NCBI RefSeq assembly: GCF_009834535.1
Contig: NC_045707.1
Span: 55,864,001-55,924,000, forward strand
Direction of reading: 5' to 3'
DNA: 60,000 nt
From: Camelus ferus
Taxonomy: Eukaryota
Shown one piece after another: positions 13,846 through 25,590 of the stretch. Position 1 is the stretch's first letter. Every line of letters starts with the position of its first letter. A program made the position numbers and the translations under genes. The notes under the pieces are model-generated. The model was not told the DNA's origin and ran no database searches. It saw nothing but the letters and a program-made list of their open reading frames with translations.

Positions 13846-13935
13846 TTTTTTTTTTAAATGGAGGTGCTGGAGATTGAACACAGGACCTTGTGCATGCTAA
13901 GCATGCGCTCTACCACTGAGCAATTTCCCCTCCCC
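13846..13935 (-). mobile_element. Short tRNA-derived SINE (camelid Vic-1-like)
   Basis: Minus strand has A box (GCTCAGTGGTAGAGC), a B-box-like motif and an A tail. Target-site duplication tagacacaa at 13837-13845 and 13938-13946. Confidence 0.88.
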
Positions 13936-14989
13936 ACTAGACACAAAACTCTTTGACGATTTAACCAGGGTACCAAATAAAGCACTGGAATCCATCACAG
14001 AAACCAGAGTTCTAATCTGGTTCTGATACCATGGAGGTGAACCACCAAGGAAAGTCACTAATTTGAATAGGTTTCATTTTTCTCAGGTGTCAACCAAAGG
14101 ACTTGGGTTCGCTGAATTCTACTGGTTATGAGTCTCTGCTTCAAAAATGGAATTCAATTCACGGATATAATCACTGGTTAAAAATTCAGATTAAAGAAAA
14201 GTTAAATTCTTAATTCATGGCATCCTCCTTCACTTCCATCACTTTCCAATTCATGACAGGGAGGAGGAATTGGCCCTTCTCCCCCAGATTCAGTCAGCTG
14301 ACCCTGAGACTGGAAATAGTAGCTGAGACCTAAATTCAACCACAGTTGAATGTACTAACAAATGAAACGGAATGGAGTTGGAATAAATGGTCCATTTAGC
14401 ATCTTCTGAAAATACTTTTGAGGTAAAGATGTCTATCGAAGGGAGAATATCCTAGAAAGGGCCTCATACCAACCAGACCACATACATATTTAAAGTGTAT
14501 TCTATGTTTTTGGTTTTGTAAATAATTTTAGTAAGTAATTCTGTTTTCCCTGAAACTCCTCTGTCTACATCCACTGTCCCAGGGTAAAAGTAACAGCTCC
14601 CCAGCTGTTACTCTCTTCCTGGTTGGGACAAATATTCTCTAACTACCCTAATTCTTGCTCCCCTCTCACAAGTGTTCATCTAAATCAGACGAGTCAACAG
14701 TGGTTTCGTGACACGGCAGTGTCCCAGCAGATGAACCCAGTAGGCTCCACGAGCAGCGTCAGTGAGGTCTTACTGTGACCAGTGTTCTATCCCCCACCAC
14801 ACTCCTAACAAATAAAGCATGAACAAAGACGTCCTTTCACAGCACAGGATGACCATGTGACCTCTGTCAAGCGTAATTAAGTTTCCATTCATCTCTAATA
14901 AAGATAGATTTTTTTCTAGAAGTCTGTTGTCCGAGCACCTTGCAATTCTACTTTATCTTTACAGGTTATATGATAAGAACAGAAACATT

Positions 14990-15165
14990 ACAGAGCAGCT
15001 GACTGTACCAGGCACCATTCCAAGAACTTTCTGTGTAACATCACAATAAATCCTCAAATTGAGATATTATTATCCACTTTACAAAATAAGAAACTGAGGG
15101 ACAGAGAGGTTAAGTACCTTGCCCAAGGTGCAAAAGCTTGATTTGGCAAAGTTGAAGTTAAAACA
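14990..15165 (-). mobile_element. MIR SINE
   Basis: MIR core ttttacaaaataagaaactgagggacagagaggttaagtaccttgcccaagg. Confidence 0.8.
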
Positions 15166-15237
15166 GGTAGAATGTGTGCTTAGCATGTGAGAGGTCCTGG
15201 GTTCAATCTTCATACCTCCATCAAAAAAATAAATTAA
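15166..15237 (+). mobile_element. 5'-truncated tRNA-derived SINE
   Basis: ggtagaatgtgtgcttagcatgtgagaggtcctgggttcaatc followed by an A-rich tail; same family as the other SINE copies. Confidence 0.8.
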
Positions 15238-15962
15238 ATAGCAATTACTATGGAGGACAGTATGGAGACTCCTTGTAGAACTAAAAATAGACTTATCATA
15301 TGATCCAGCAATCCCACTCCTGAGCACTTACCTGGAGAAAACTATAATTCGAAAACATACATACACCCCAATGTTCATAGCAGCACTATTTACAATAGTC
15401 AAGACATGGAAGCAACTTAAGTGTCCATCAGTAGATGACTGGATAAAGAAGATGTGGTATATATACATAATGTAATACTACTCAGCCATAAAAAAGAGTG
15501 AATAATGCCAATTGCAGCAACATGGATGGACCTAGAAATTATCATACTACATGAAGTAAGGCAGACAGAGAAAGGCAGATATCATATCACTTACATATGG
15601 AATCTAAACAAATGACACAAATGAACTTATTTACAAAACAAAAATAGACTCCAGACACAGAAAACAAACTGGGGGTTAACCAAGGGGGAAAGGGCAGGGG
15701 AGGGATAAATTAAGAGTTTGGGATTAACAGATATATATTACTATATACAAGATAGATTAAAAAAAAAAAAACAAGGACCTACTGTATAGCACAGGGAATT
15801 ATCTTCAATTTCTTGTAATAACATATAAAGAAAAAGAATCTGAAGAGAAAAAAATATATATGTATGTATATGTATAACTAAATCACTTTTCTGTGCACCT
15901 GAAACTAACACTGTAAATCAACTACACTTCAATACAAAATAAAATTGAAAAAAATTAAAACA
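15238..15962 (+). mobile_element. Lineage-level L1 3' end (ORF2 C-terminus, 3' UTR, A tail)
   Basis: atatgatccagcaatcccactcctg, aatgttcatagcagcactatttacaatag, catggatggacctagaa...; ends in an A-rich tail. Confidence 0.92.
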
Positions 15963-16781
15963 TTAAGAAAAATATAATGAAGTAAAGATAAGCTTTATGA
16001 AGTAGGTCCACACTCATGCACCCACCCATCCACCCATTCCTCAGCATGTATTTAGGGAGTGTCTATCATATGCCTCACATGATGTCAAACACTGGACAGG
16101 TGAAGATAAAATGAGATGACTCCCACCTTTATAGACTGAATAGCATCATGGTGACTCTGAAAGTAGGCCCTTTCCAATTGCAAGATCATACTTAAATGAG
16201 CACTTGTTAGACATGTGCGTAGGACATAAGGTGAAAACAGAGACCAAGGCATCTCTTCTGCCTGAGTCAGTCAGTGGAGGTCTCTGGAAAGGAGGTGGCA
16301 TGCTTCAGCTGGCTCACAGATGGAGGAAGAGTTGGCCAAGCATAAAGACAACTAACTGTAAGGCTCTGTCCAAGTGCTTGGTGGCTCAAAAGTTCTCTTT
16401 ACAAGATCCACGTTAAGAAAATTATTTAGAAATTCAGCTGAATGGAGAAAATTTTCCTTATTTTAGCACCATGAAAAGGACCGGTGGCTTACCAAGGTTA
16501 ACTTGGACCCACCAACTCAAAACACATCTATCTGAGAAAATGAGTTTTTTGAACAACTGAAGTCACCAAATTTCTACTTTCTGTGAGGCTAACAATTCTT
16601 GACCCAATTTTGGGGAACAATAATTTTCTGTGACTTACAAAGAAAGAAAGATCTTTTGAAAATGGCATTGTTTAGTAAGCAACATACACTTTAATTTCTA
16701 GAGTGTGAAGTGAGTGTGAAGTGACCAGAGGTAGTATACAGAAGATTACAGGAACCTTTAATCTAGGCAAAAATGGGGAAG

Positions 16782-16787
16782 ACACAG

Positions 16788-16818
<31 letters not shown>
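16782..16818. repeat. (CA)n microsatellite
   Basis: Directly visible, with interruptions at its left end. Confidence 0.95.
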
Positions 16819-16985
16819 GGGAAAATGGTCAGAGGCTGGCGCGTTACCAGCAGAACATGTCTGTATGTATAAATTTGTATGACAAGCATATCGTGGAATT
16901 GGATCCTTCCCAAGTCCTAGAGGTACAGTGCACTAGGAGAAGTACACACACATGAGCTTTGGCATTATTACAGAATAAGATTCTT

Positions 16986-17005
16986 TCTCTCTCTCTCTCT
17001 CTCTC
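16986..17005. repeat. (CT)n microsatellite
   Basis: Directly visible. Confidence 0.9.
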
Positions 17006-17649
17006 ACAGCAAGAGAAAATGTACAGTATCACAAGAAAATGTGGGTCACTAATAGGAAAAAAAATTGAGTACAGAGGTGACACGGAGACGGAAAATAGGA
17101 AGTCGGAGGCAAAGTCTCCTTTGCCTCTAGATAGACAATTTAATAGTAGTGTGGCCGAGGGCTAAATTATCACTGTCAACATCTGAAACCCTCTTGACCT
17201 TGAGAGGAAAAATACACCATGAAGGCTGCATAGGACTCATTAAACACCAGCCTCCCAAACGGTCTTCATCACATTCTGCAGTTTCATTGACACCTGCGTT
17301 GGCAGCTTCACCTGTGAGATCAAGAGGGGCTGAGCTGACACTCCCAATCACAAGCGCATTTTTACCGAGGCCACGGAGAGGTATGTAGGAGGGTGGTATA
17401 ATCAACTTGACATCACTTCTTGCAAGACTGCGATAAATACAGAAGGGACTTTGGAAGAAACATAAGGACCTACTCAACATCTCCAAATGGAATCCATGTG
17501 CCCATTGGGGGATACGGTATCATGCCATGAAAAACAAACACATAGCTCTTTGAAGACTTGAGGGGAAAGAGAAGCTATTAAATTACTAAGTCATTTAAAG
17601 CAATTTTAATTTTAAAATAAGCATAGATATGTTATAAAAAGAGAAGCAA

Positions 17650-17880
17650 TGGCAAAGAGGAAAGAATTCAGGCTTGGGGATCAGATAGATCTGAGTTTCC
17701 TCACCTCCTCAAGAACAGTCCCTAAAGAGTTGGGCCACTTGGGCAAGCTGTTTAACGTCTTCAGAAACTCAGTACTTTACAGGGATAAGATGATGCCTCC
17801 TGATAAAGTTTGTAACTGAGATAGTACATGTAAAGCTCTCACATGCCTGCACGGTATACAACAAGTGCTCAACAGTCATT
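17650..17880 (+). mobile_element. MIR SINE
   Basis: ttgggcaagctgtttaac...catgtaaagc...aagtgctcaa motifs; interrupted near its end by a younger SINE. Confidence 0.65.
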
Positions 17881-17882
17881 CG

Positions 17883-18006
17883 GTTTTTTTTTTTAAATTT
17901 TATTTTTTGGGGGAGGAGGTAATTAGGTGTATTTATTTATTTTTTAATTGAACCCAGGACCTCATGCATGCTAGGCACACACGCTACCACTGAGCTACAC
18001 CCTCCC
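17883..18006 (-). mobile_element. tRNA-derived SINE with extended tail
   Basis: ttgaacccaggacctcatgcatgctaggc...ctaccactgagctacacc, preceded on the plus strand by a T-rich tail containing gggggaggaggtaattagg. Confidence 0.85.
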
Positions 18007-18806
18007 TTACCAGGTGCTCAATGAATGTTAGCTGCTAAGATGTTTGTGTCTTATAGGAACAGCAGTTGCTACTGTGCAATATCTTAAAAGGACTAAGTAA
18101 AATATATTTTAAAAAGCATACCACAGCAATACGTTGTGAGCAGAGAAAAAGTTAGTTCTATTCCTAACTAGATCTTTTATATTTAAATCCATTTACCAAA
18201 GGTAGGTCATGGGTATGCTCTTTAGCACTCAGCTATACCCTACCCCCATTCATGTATTTTAAATACCATTACTGTAACACACCCACATGAAGAGCTTTCT
18301 GCTCCAAAATATTCAGCCATCAACCAAGCTGTCTCTTGTTCCAGAATGTCTTAGAATATCATGGACAAAATACACCTTTGAGTTTAGAAGATGTGAAGAA
18401 AAGAGAAAACAAGAATACCAAAGCTTGAAACTGAAGTTACAGTAAAAAGTACTCATGAGCACTTTTGATCAAACTGGAAAACCCATATAAATACCAGTGA
18501 CAGTTTGGAAGAATGTATTTCCCCTTATTCAGACATATGTATTTTCCAAAAGGTCCATTTTCGCTTCAAAATCCTGACATGATTTGGCAAGCTCAGGCCA
18601 AAGTAGTTAACAGAGATCAATCTGTGACCAATCTTAGAATAAGAAGAAAGTAGAAACATTAGAACTGACTCCCATTATTGCAATATACTGATACCGGGTA
18701 TTTCGTGGAAGCAAAACTTTGGTTAATCAAAATACAGTTTGATTCAAATCTGCCATACTTCCCACTTCTTTCTCAAAGTAAATGACTGTATAGATGACCA
18801 TATTAA

Positions 18807-18897
18807 GGGAGGAAGGAAATAGCTCAGTGGTAGAACACATGATTAGCATGCACAAGGTCCTGGGTTCGATCCCCAGTACCACCCCCATTAAAAAAAA
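18807..18897 (+). mobile_element. tRNA-derived SINE (Vic-1-like)
   Basis: A box tagctcagtggtaga, B box gggttcgatccc, A tail. Imperfect TSD agatgaccatattaa / aggttaccatgttaa. Confidence 0.9.
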
Positions 18898-20519
18898 GGT
18901 TACCATGTTAATATTTTATTTTGTTTTTAAAAACATAATAATGAAATAAGGCAATGGAGGGACGATAAAAGGAAGTACAGAAAATGCCGAGAGAGGACAT
19001 TATTTTTGGCAGATGACTTTTGTACTGAAGGATAAACAAGAAACAGTAGAAAAGACATTTTGAGGATTGCGAGACTTACTAGATTAATGATCCAATGAAG
19101 TTAGGAAAGCATGAGGAGACAGAGCTAAGTGCCTAAACAAGGGCCATTTAAAATAAATAGTATTATCTTTTAGAAAGATTTTACACAGAAGAACATATTC
19201 ATTCTTTCTGGGATAGTGACTATTTTAGATGTGGGCGGCTTACGAGAATACAACTAATCCATCCATTTCACAAATATTTGGATATCTGCAATGTCATTAC
19301 GAAAAAAGAAAAGTTCCTCAGAGTTCCAAATAAAGATTTCTTAAATGTACAGTACTTATTTTAATATTTGTTTCAAATTGAGTAACATTGTATTAATTCA
19401 AAGTTAATACTTTCTATCATCACAAATGAAGTTCAGCAAAACTAGAGCAAAAACCCTGAAAAGAAAAGCTTGTTATTCTGTAACCATCATCAGTGTAAAT
19501 TCCACCTAATCACTTCCAACAGAAAATATTTCATATTGCTCTCTAGCTCATCAAATTTATACATCAGGCTGACTCTTCAAGCAAAATGTATAGATATTAT
19601 GATAGTCTCTATAAAAGATATTATTCCTGCCTGCCATACATCATACTTAGTAACAAAAAAAAATGAAGGATTATCTGTATTCCATTACACATGTCAGAAC
19701 CACAAATTCATTACCATCACTACCACTGTTCATGAATTTCTACAAATTCCCTCTGAAATGAATGATTTATATTACGCACTCTACTGAGAGTACATTCCAA
19801 GGCTATCAGAGCAAAACAGATAGTCAAAAGATCATATTCCATTATGTTACCAAACAGAAAAACATTCCATTTTGTGTTTTTTCATTTCTACCTTTCAATA
19901 ACAATCAGGATTTCTAACTTTGTAGGATTACCATAACATTTTTACTGAGACAGAAAGGAGAGAGAAATTTTCCCAAAATGCTGTTATCCAACTATGTGAC
20001 CCTTTAAATTCACTCATCAATCCTTTTTTAATGCTAAGGACTTGACATTTTTAACCAACAGAATAAAACAAAAAACTATGTTCTCACATTTTTTACTCGC
20101 TCGAACCTACTGTAAACATCAACTATTTTCCTTTCTAGTTACTTGTATACTATACTTCCTCTTTGCCATGTATTCTTTCAAATTTTTATTGTTCTTTTCT
20201 CTCACCATCTCCTTTCACCATGCAACACTGAAATAATTTGCCTGTTCAACAAATAGTTACTGCTGTACAAGACACTCCCTTGTCATCTAAAAAATGATTA
20301 AGACCAAGCTGATTATCTAGACTAGCTCCCAGGTTAGTGCAGAAGACAAGACATGAAAATAACTAACAATAATAGAAACTGATGGAGTCACGTTCATGGG
20401 AAAACAGGTAACAGAAGAGTTAAGTCAGGGGGAAGGGTAGGGATATGTCAGTGCTATATCCCAACAGAAGAACTTCACTGTGAATGGGCCAATCTCTGAT
20501 TCAAAGCCATTTCATTTAT

Positions 20520-20970
20520 ACATATTCAATTAATATTTATTGAATAAATACGTGCTAAGCACCAAGCTAGTAAAGGCAACGAAGAGACAGGGTCTCTACT
20601 CTCACTGCCTAGAGAAACAAACGACAGTAATATATTAGTATGCAGCTATCTTAGATATTCACGTGCAAACTCTAAAAGAAAGCACTAAGGCTGCATGGAA
20701 GAATCAGTCACTATTTTATGAACCAGAGTATTAAAGATGAGACTGGATGGGTGGGTGGCACTCTGCTAAGTGGAGAGACACAGGCAAAAGACATTCTAGG
20801 CCAAGGCAGCAGTATACTTGGAAAAGACAAAGAATGAACAGATTCTGTCTTAACACACTTGAAGAGCCATCAGAAGATCAATACTGTGAGGGACAATGGC
20901 TGATGGAGTTTAACAAGAAAGGCTGTGACCAAATAATAAACAATGTTCCATGTCACATAAAGACCTAAAG
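20520..20970 (-). mobile_element. L2 remnant
   Basis: attcaattaatatttattgaat...gtgctaagcac terminus and cattctaggccaaggcagcag body motif. Confidence 0.6.
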
Positions 20971-21479
20971 ATCTTACTGAATGAGAATCTTAATATTGTT
21001 CTTACTGCTAGTGGTTAACAATTCCTCAGTCCTTACAACATCCATATGAGACAGTGTTCTGGATGCTTTTACACTGAGACTCACTTAACTTCTGGACCCT
21101 CTCAAGAGGGAAGTATGTTTGCCCTCATTATAAACACAAGTAGAATGAGACAGAGAGAAGTTAAATAATGTGACCGAGACCACTGAGCCAGTAAGTGGTA
21201 GAACAAGCCAGGCAGTCCAGAGCCAGTGTTCACATTGATGATCCCCTCCAAGATGAAAGAGGGCTAATGGAGAAGGGAGGCAAGTTATGTCATCGAATAT
21301 TTTTTTCTAAATATCTGTTTCTGTACCTTTGAATTACTAAGAAAATAACTACTGAGCACTTACTGCTTACAAAACATTATGCTTTAAGCCAAGGGAAAAC
21401 TAAAATATATACTGCATCCCATCAATACCTGAAATTCCCAATATATTCAGACACAGATTGAGATAAACAGAGATAGACA

Positions 21480-23141
21480 AGAGCGGGTCACAGCCAAGAT
21501 CTGCTAATCTGATGCAGAAGACAATGGAGCCATAAACTGGTAGGCCCAGTGGACTTTTGATGACTTGCTGGAGACTCAGTGTGGACTAGCTTGACATTGA
21601 AAATCTCCTGAAGGCCACAGTCTTTGGGGGGCTCCCACTCTTTCACAGTCTTTACTTCCAGGAACTGGACCAAGTTCTCATAGTGAAGAACCAAAAAAAA
21701 AAAAAAAAAAGATCCCCTCCTGGTGAGGGCAGGGAAGAGTAATCCTTGTAAAATATACCCAGAGACATCTCCATGACAAAGACCTTACTCTCCCAGGTGA
21801 AAGACGTTACTAGAGCCTTTTCCCAGGGCTATTGCCAAAAGGAACTGTCTGACTTCACCCTCCTCTAGCCTTTCTGTCTCACCTCAGGTGGTGAGAGGGG
21901 AGCAGCGATACAAGCAGAAAAACTCGTGAAGGTCATGGGACAGATACACAGGCTGAATCAAAGACTGAGATTTAACTGAACCATTACAGAACATTCCCCC
22001 TCCACCATACCTCAACACCACTACAACAGGGCTCCGGTATGATAATACCGAAGTACACATGAAACAGCTTCAAGACATAGAGTCTCACTGAGAAAGAGTA
22101 TTAAGAAAAGCCTAACATCAATAGAGGAGATAAAAACAAGGACACTATAGAAATTTGAAGCCTTTAGCACCAATAGTTACAATAAACACTAAACAATGCT
22201 GGACTCCCATCCAGATTAACATAAATCCTCTTATTAGAGGCTTTTTCACTTGAATTCCTATTATGAATTCAATATGTCCAACATTCAACAAAAAATTACA
22301 AGGTATGACAAAAGGAAAGAAAAATATAGTCCAAAAAGACAACGCTAGCATCATAATCAGACTGAGACACTGGGATAGGAAACAGATGTTGGAACTGTCA
22401 GAAAAGGAACTTAAAATAACCATGATTAATATGTTAAGGATTCTAGGGAAAAAGTAGATGACAGGCAAGAACAGATGTGTAATGTAAGCGAAGAGAAATT
22501 CTAAGAAAGAATTAAAAGGAAATGCTAGATATCATAACAGAAATGAATGCATTTGATGGGATTATCAGAAGACTCAGCATGATCAAGGAAAGAATCAATG
22601 AGCTTGAAAATTGGTCAATATAAACTTCCCAAACTGAAATGAGAAAAATGAACAAAAGTACAGAACATCTAAGAACTATTGGGAAATGTTCCAAATATGT
22701 AACACATGAGTAACTGGACTATCAGAAAGGGAAGAAAGACAAAAATGCAGAAGAAATAATTAAAGTAATAATGATGGAGAACTTTCCAAAATTAACAACA
22801 GACAACAAACCATATATTCAGAAAACTCAAGAGAACACTAAGCCAGATAAATTCCCCAAATAATAAGCCTAGGCACAGTATATCCAAACTGTAAAAAACC
22901 CAGAGCAAAGAGAGAATCTTGAAGTTAGAGGGGGGAAAACTTAACTGTGGAGGAAAAAGGTTAAGAATTATATTGGACTTTTCATCAGAAACCATCAAGC
23001 AAGAAGACAGCAGAGTAAAACATTCAAAATATTGAGAGTATAAAGAACCTGCAAAACTTGAATTTTATATCCAGCAAAATTATCCTTAGAAAATGAAACA
23101 GAAACAAAAACTTTCTGGACAAATAAAAACTGAGGGAATTC
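21480..23141 (+). mobile_element. Old L1 5' UTR and degenerate ORF1 (left part of an interrupted element)
   Basis: ORF1 motifs, including the QMLELSEKELKITMINML peptide (22263..22457), ggagaactttccaaaatt, gacttttcatcagaaacc and ttatatccagcaaaattatcctt. Confidence 0.85.
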
Positions 23142-24435
23142 ACATGCTCATCTCAACTAACACGGAAAAAAAAATGACAAAATTCAATATCCTTTCAAGA
23201 TAAAAGCACTCAAAAACTAGCAATAGAAGGAAATTATGTCAATAATAACAGAGGTCAGGTATGAAAAACCTATAGTTAACATCACATTCAACAGTGAAAA
23301 ACTGAAAGCTTTGGCCCTAAAATCAGGAACAAGACAAGGATGCCCACTCTCACCACTTTTAGTCAACATAGTACTAAAAGTTCTTGCCAGAGCAATTAGG
23401 CAAAAACAATATGTAAAAGGCATCCAACAGAGAGGGGAAAAAAAAATAAAAGTAAGATTATCTGTTCTCCGATGACATGATCTTATATGTAGAAAACCCA
23501 AAGACTCCAACAAAAAAAACTGTGAGAACAAATTAATTCAACTAAACTGTAAGACACAAAGTTAACACACAATAATCAGATATTTTTCTATATACTAACA
23601 CTACATAATCTGAAAATGAAATAAAAATAAATCCCAATTATAATGGCATCAAAAATACTTAGAATACATTTAATCTAGGAGGAGAAGGCCTTGGACATTG
23701 AAAACTAAAAAAAAATTGCTGAAAGAAACTGAAGAAGACACAAATGAAAAGACATTCTATGTTCATGGATGGGAAGGCTTAATACTGTTAAAATGTCCAT
23801 ACTACCCTATGCAATCTACAGATCCAATGCAAAATCCAACTGGCATTTTTTTTGCAAAAATAATTTTAAAAACTTCCTAAAATGCATATGAAATCTGAAA
23901 GAATCTCAAATAATTGAAAACATTTTGTGGGGAAGAAGAAAAAAAAAAAAAGCTAGAGTCCTCACAGTTCCTGATTTTAAAACATCTTAAAAAGCTATAA
24001 TAATCAAAAGAGTGTGGTAGTGGCATAAAAAACAGACCTATAGACCAGTGGAACAAACTTGAGAGCTCAGAAGTAAACCCTTATGTGTACTGCTCAGGCT
24101 ATGCAGTGGGGAAAGGATGGCCTCTTCAACAAATGATGCTGGGAAAATGGAATACCCATGTAAAAAACAATAAAGTTGGACCTTTACACCATATACGAAT
24201 ATTAACTCAAAATGGATTAAAGATCTAAACATACGACCTGAAACGATAAAGTTCCTAGAAGAAAACAAAAGGGAAGAGCTTCATGACAGTAGATTCCACA
24301 GTAATTTCTTGGATATGACACCAAAAGAACAAAAGTAAAAGGAGACAAATAGGACTACATCAAACTTAAAAACTCTGTACAACAAAAGAAAGAACTAACC
24401 AAGTGAAAAGGCAGTCTATGAGATGGGAGAAAATA

Positions 24436-24627
24436 CTGCTGACCCTTGAACAACTTAGGGGTTAACTGACCAATAATTTACAGTCTTTCCTCTGTAGCCA
24501 AGGTTACCCTGAAGCCACAGATTCAACCAACCATGAACCATGTAATGCTGCAGTACGTATTACTGAAAAATACCCATAAATAAGAGGACCTGCACAGTTC
24601 AAACCCAAATTGTTCAAGGGTCAACTG
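24436..24627. mobile_element. TcMar-Tigger MITE (Tigger2a/MER8-like)
   Basis: Terminal inverted repeats ctgctgacccttgaacaa and ttgttcaagggtcaactg, flanked by TA at 24434-24435 and 24628-24629. It splits the L1 motif gggagaaaata|...tgcaaacc. Confidence 0.88.
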
Positions 24628-24873
24628 TAACTGCAAACCATATTTCACAGGGGTTGGTATCAAGAATATATAAAGAACTATAAGTCATCAACAAAAAATA
24701 AATAATCAGATTTTTAAAATAAGCAAATAACTTGAATAGAGATTTCCCCAAAGAGGATGTACAAACATCCAACAAGCACATGAAAAGGTGCTAAACATCA
24801 CTAACAATTACAGAAATGCAAGTCTGTCACCTCACAATTACCTCACATCGGTTAGGGATGACCACTGTCAAGA

Positions 24874-24898
24874 AAACAAACAAACAAACAAACAAACA
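24874..24898. repeat. (AAAC)n microsatellite within L1
   Basis: aaacaaacaaacaaacaaacaaac. Confidence 0.9.
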
Positions 24899-25590
24899 CC
24901 CCCCGGAGAATAGCAAGTGTTGGTGAGGATATGGAAAAACTGGAACCCTTGTACACTGCAGGTACAAATGTAAAATGGTATAGCTGTGATGGAAAACAGT
25001 ATGGAAGTTCCTCAAAAAATTAAACATAGAATGACAACATGATCCAGCCATCTCACTTCTGGGTATACATCCAAAACTGAAAACATGATCTTGAAGTGCT
25101 ATTTGTGCACCTGCATTCACTGCAGTATTATTCACAGTAGCTATGAGGTAGAAGAACTTAAATGTCCATTCATGGATGAACAAATAAGGAAAGTGTGGTA
25201 AATACATACGATGGAATACTACTCACCTTTGAAAAAGAAGCAAATTCTATTATACGCTACAACATAGATGAATCCTGGGGACATTATACTAAGTGAAACA
25301 AATCAGTCACAAAAGACAAATGCTGTGCGTTTCTGTCGATACGAGGTATCCTAAGTAAATAGTCAAACTCTTAGAAACAGAAACAGAAGGCAGAACAGTG
25401 GTTGCCAGGGACTGCAGGGAGGATAGGGGAGCTATATAGCTCACCGGGTATAGTTTCAGTTTTGCAAGATAAAAAAATCCTGGAGATCCGTTGCACAATG
25501 TGCCTACAGTTAACACTACTGTGCTGTATATTTAGAAGTGGCTATGATGGTAAATTTTTTTTTTTTTTTAGTACAATAAAAAAATTAGGT

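Larger units (their letters stand above)
23142..25590 (+). mobile_element. 5'-truncated L1 (L1MA/L1MB-like): degenerate ORF2 reverse transcriptase through 3' UTR
   Basis: ORF 23236..23475 encodes YEKPIVNI...[28 protein letters not shown], a hallmark of L1 RT. Frameshifted and stopped. The 3' UTR ends at tacaataaaaaaa near 25585. Confidence 0.93.

Noticed and set aside
14589..14612. Perfect 10-bp hairpin agtaacagct-cccc-agctgttact
   Set aside because: Too short for a pre-miRNA, isolated and with no supporting context; could be chance.
18807..18897. Possible tRNA gene
   Set aside because: It has A and B boxes but a degenerate acceptor stem, an A tail, a TSD and several diverged siblings in the window, so it is a SINE.
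23236..23475. Active reverse transcriptase
   Set aside because: Fragment of a decayed L1 ORF2 with frameshifts, stops and a MITE insertion.
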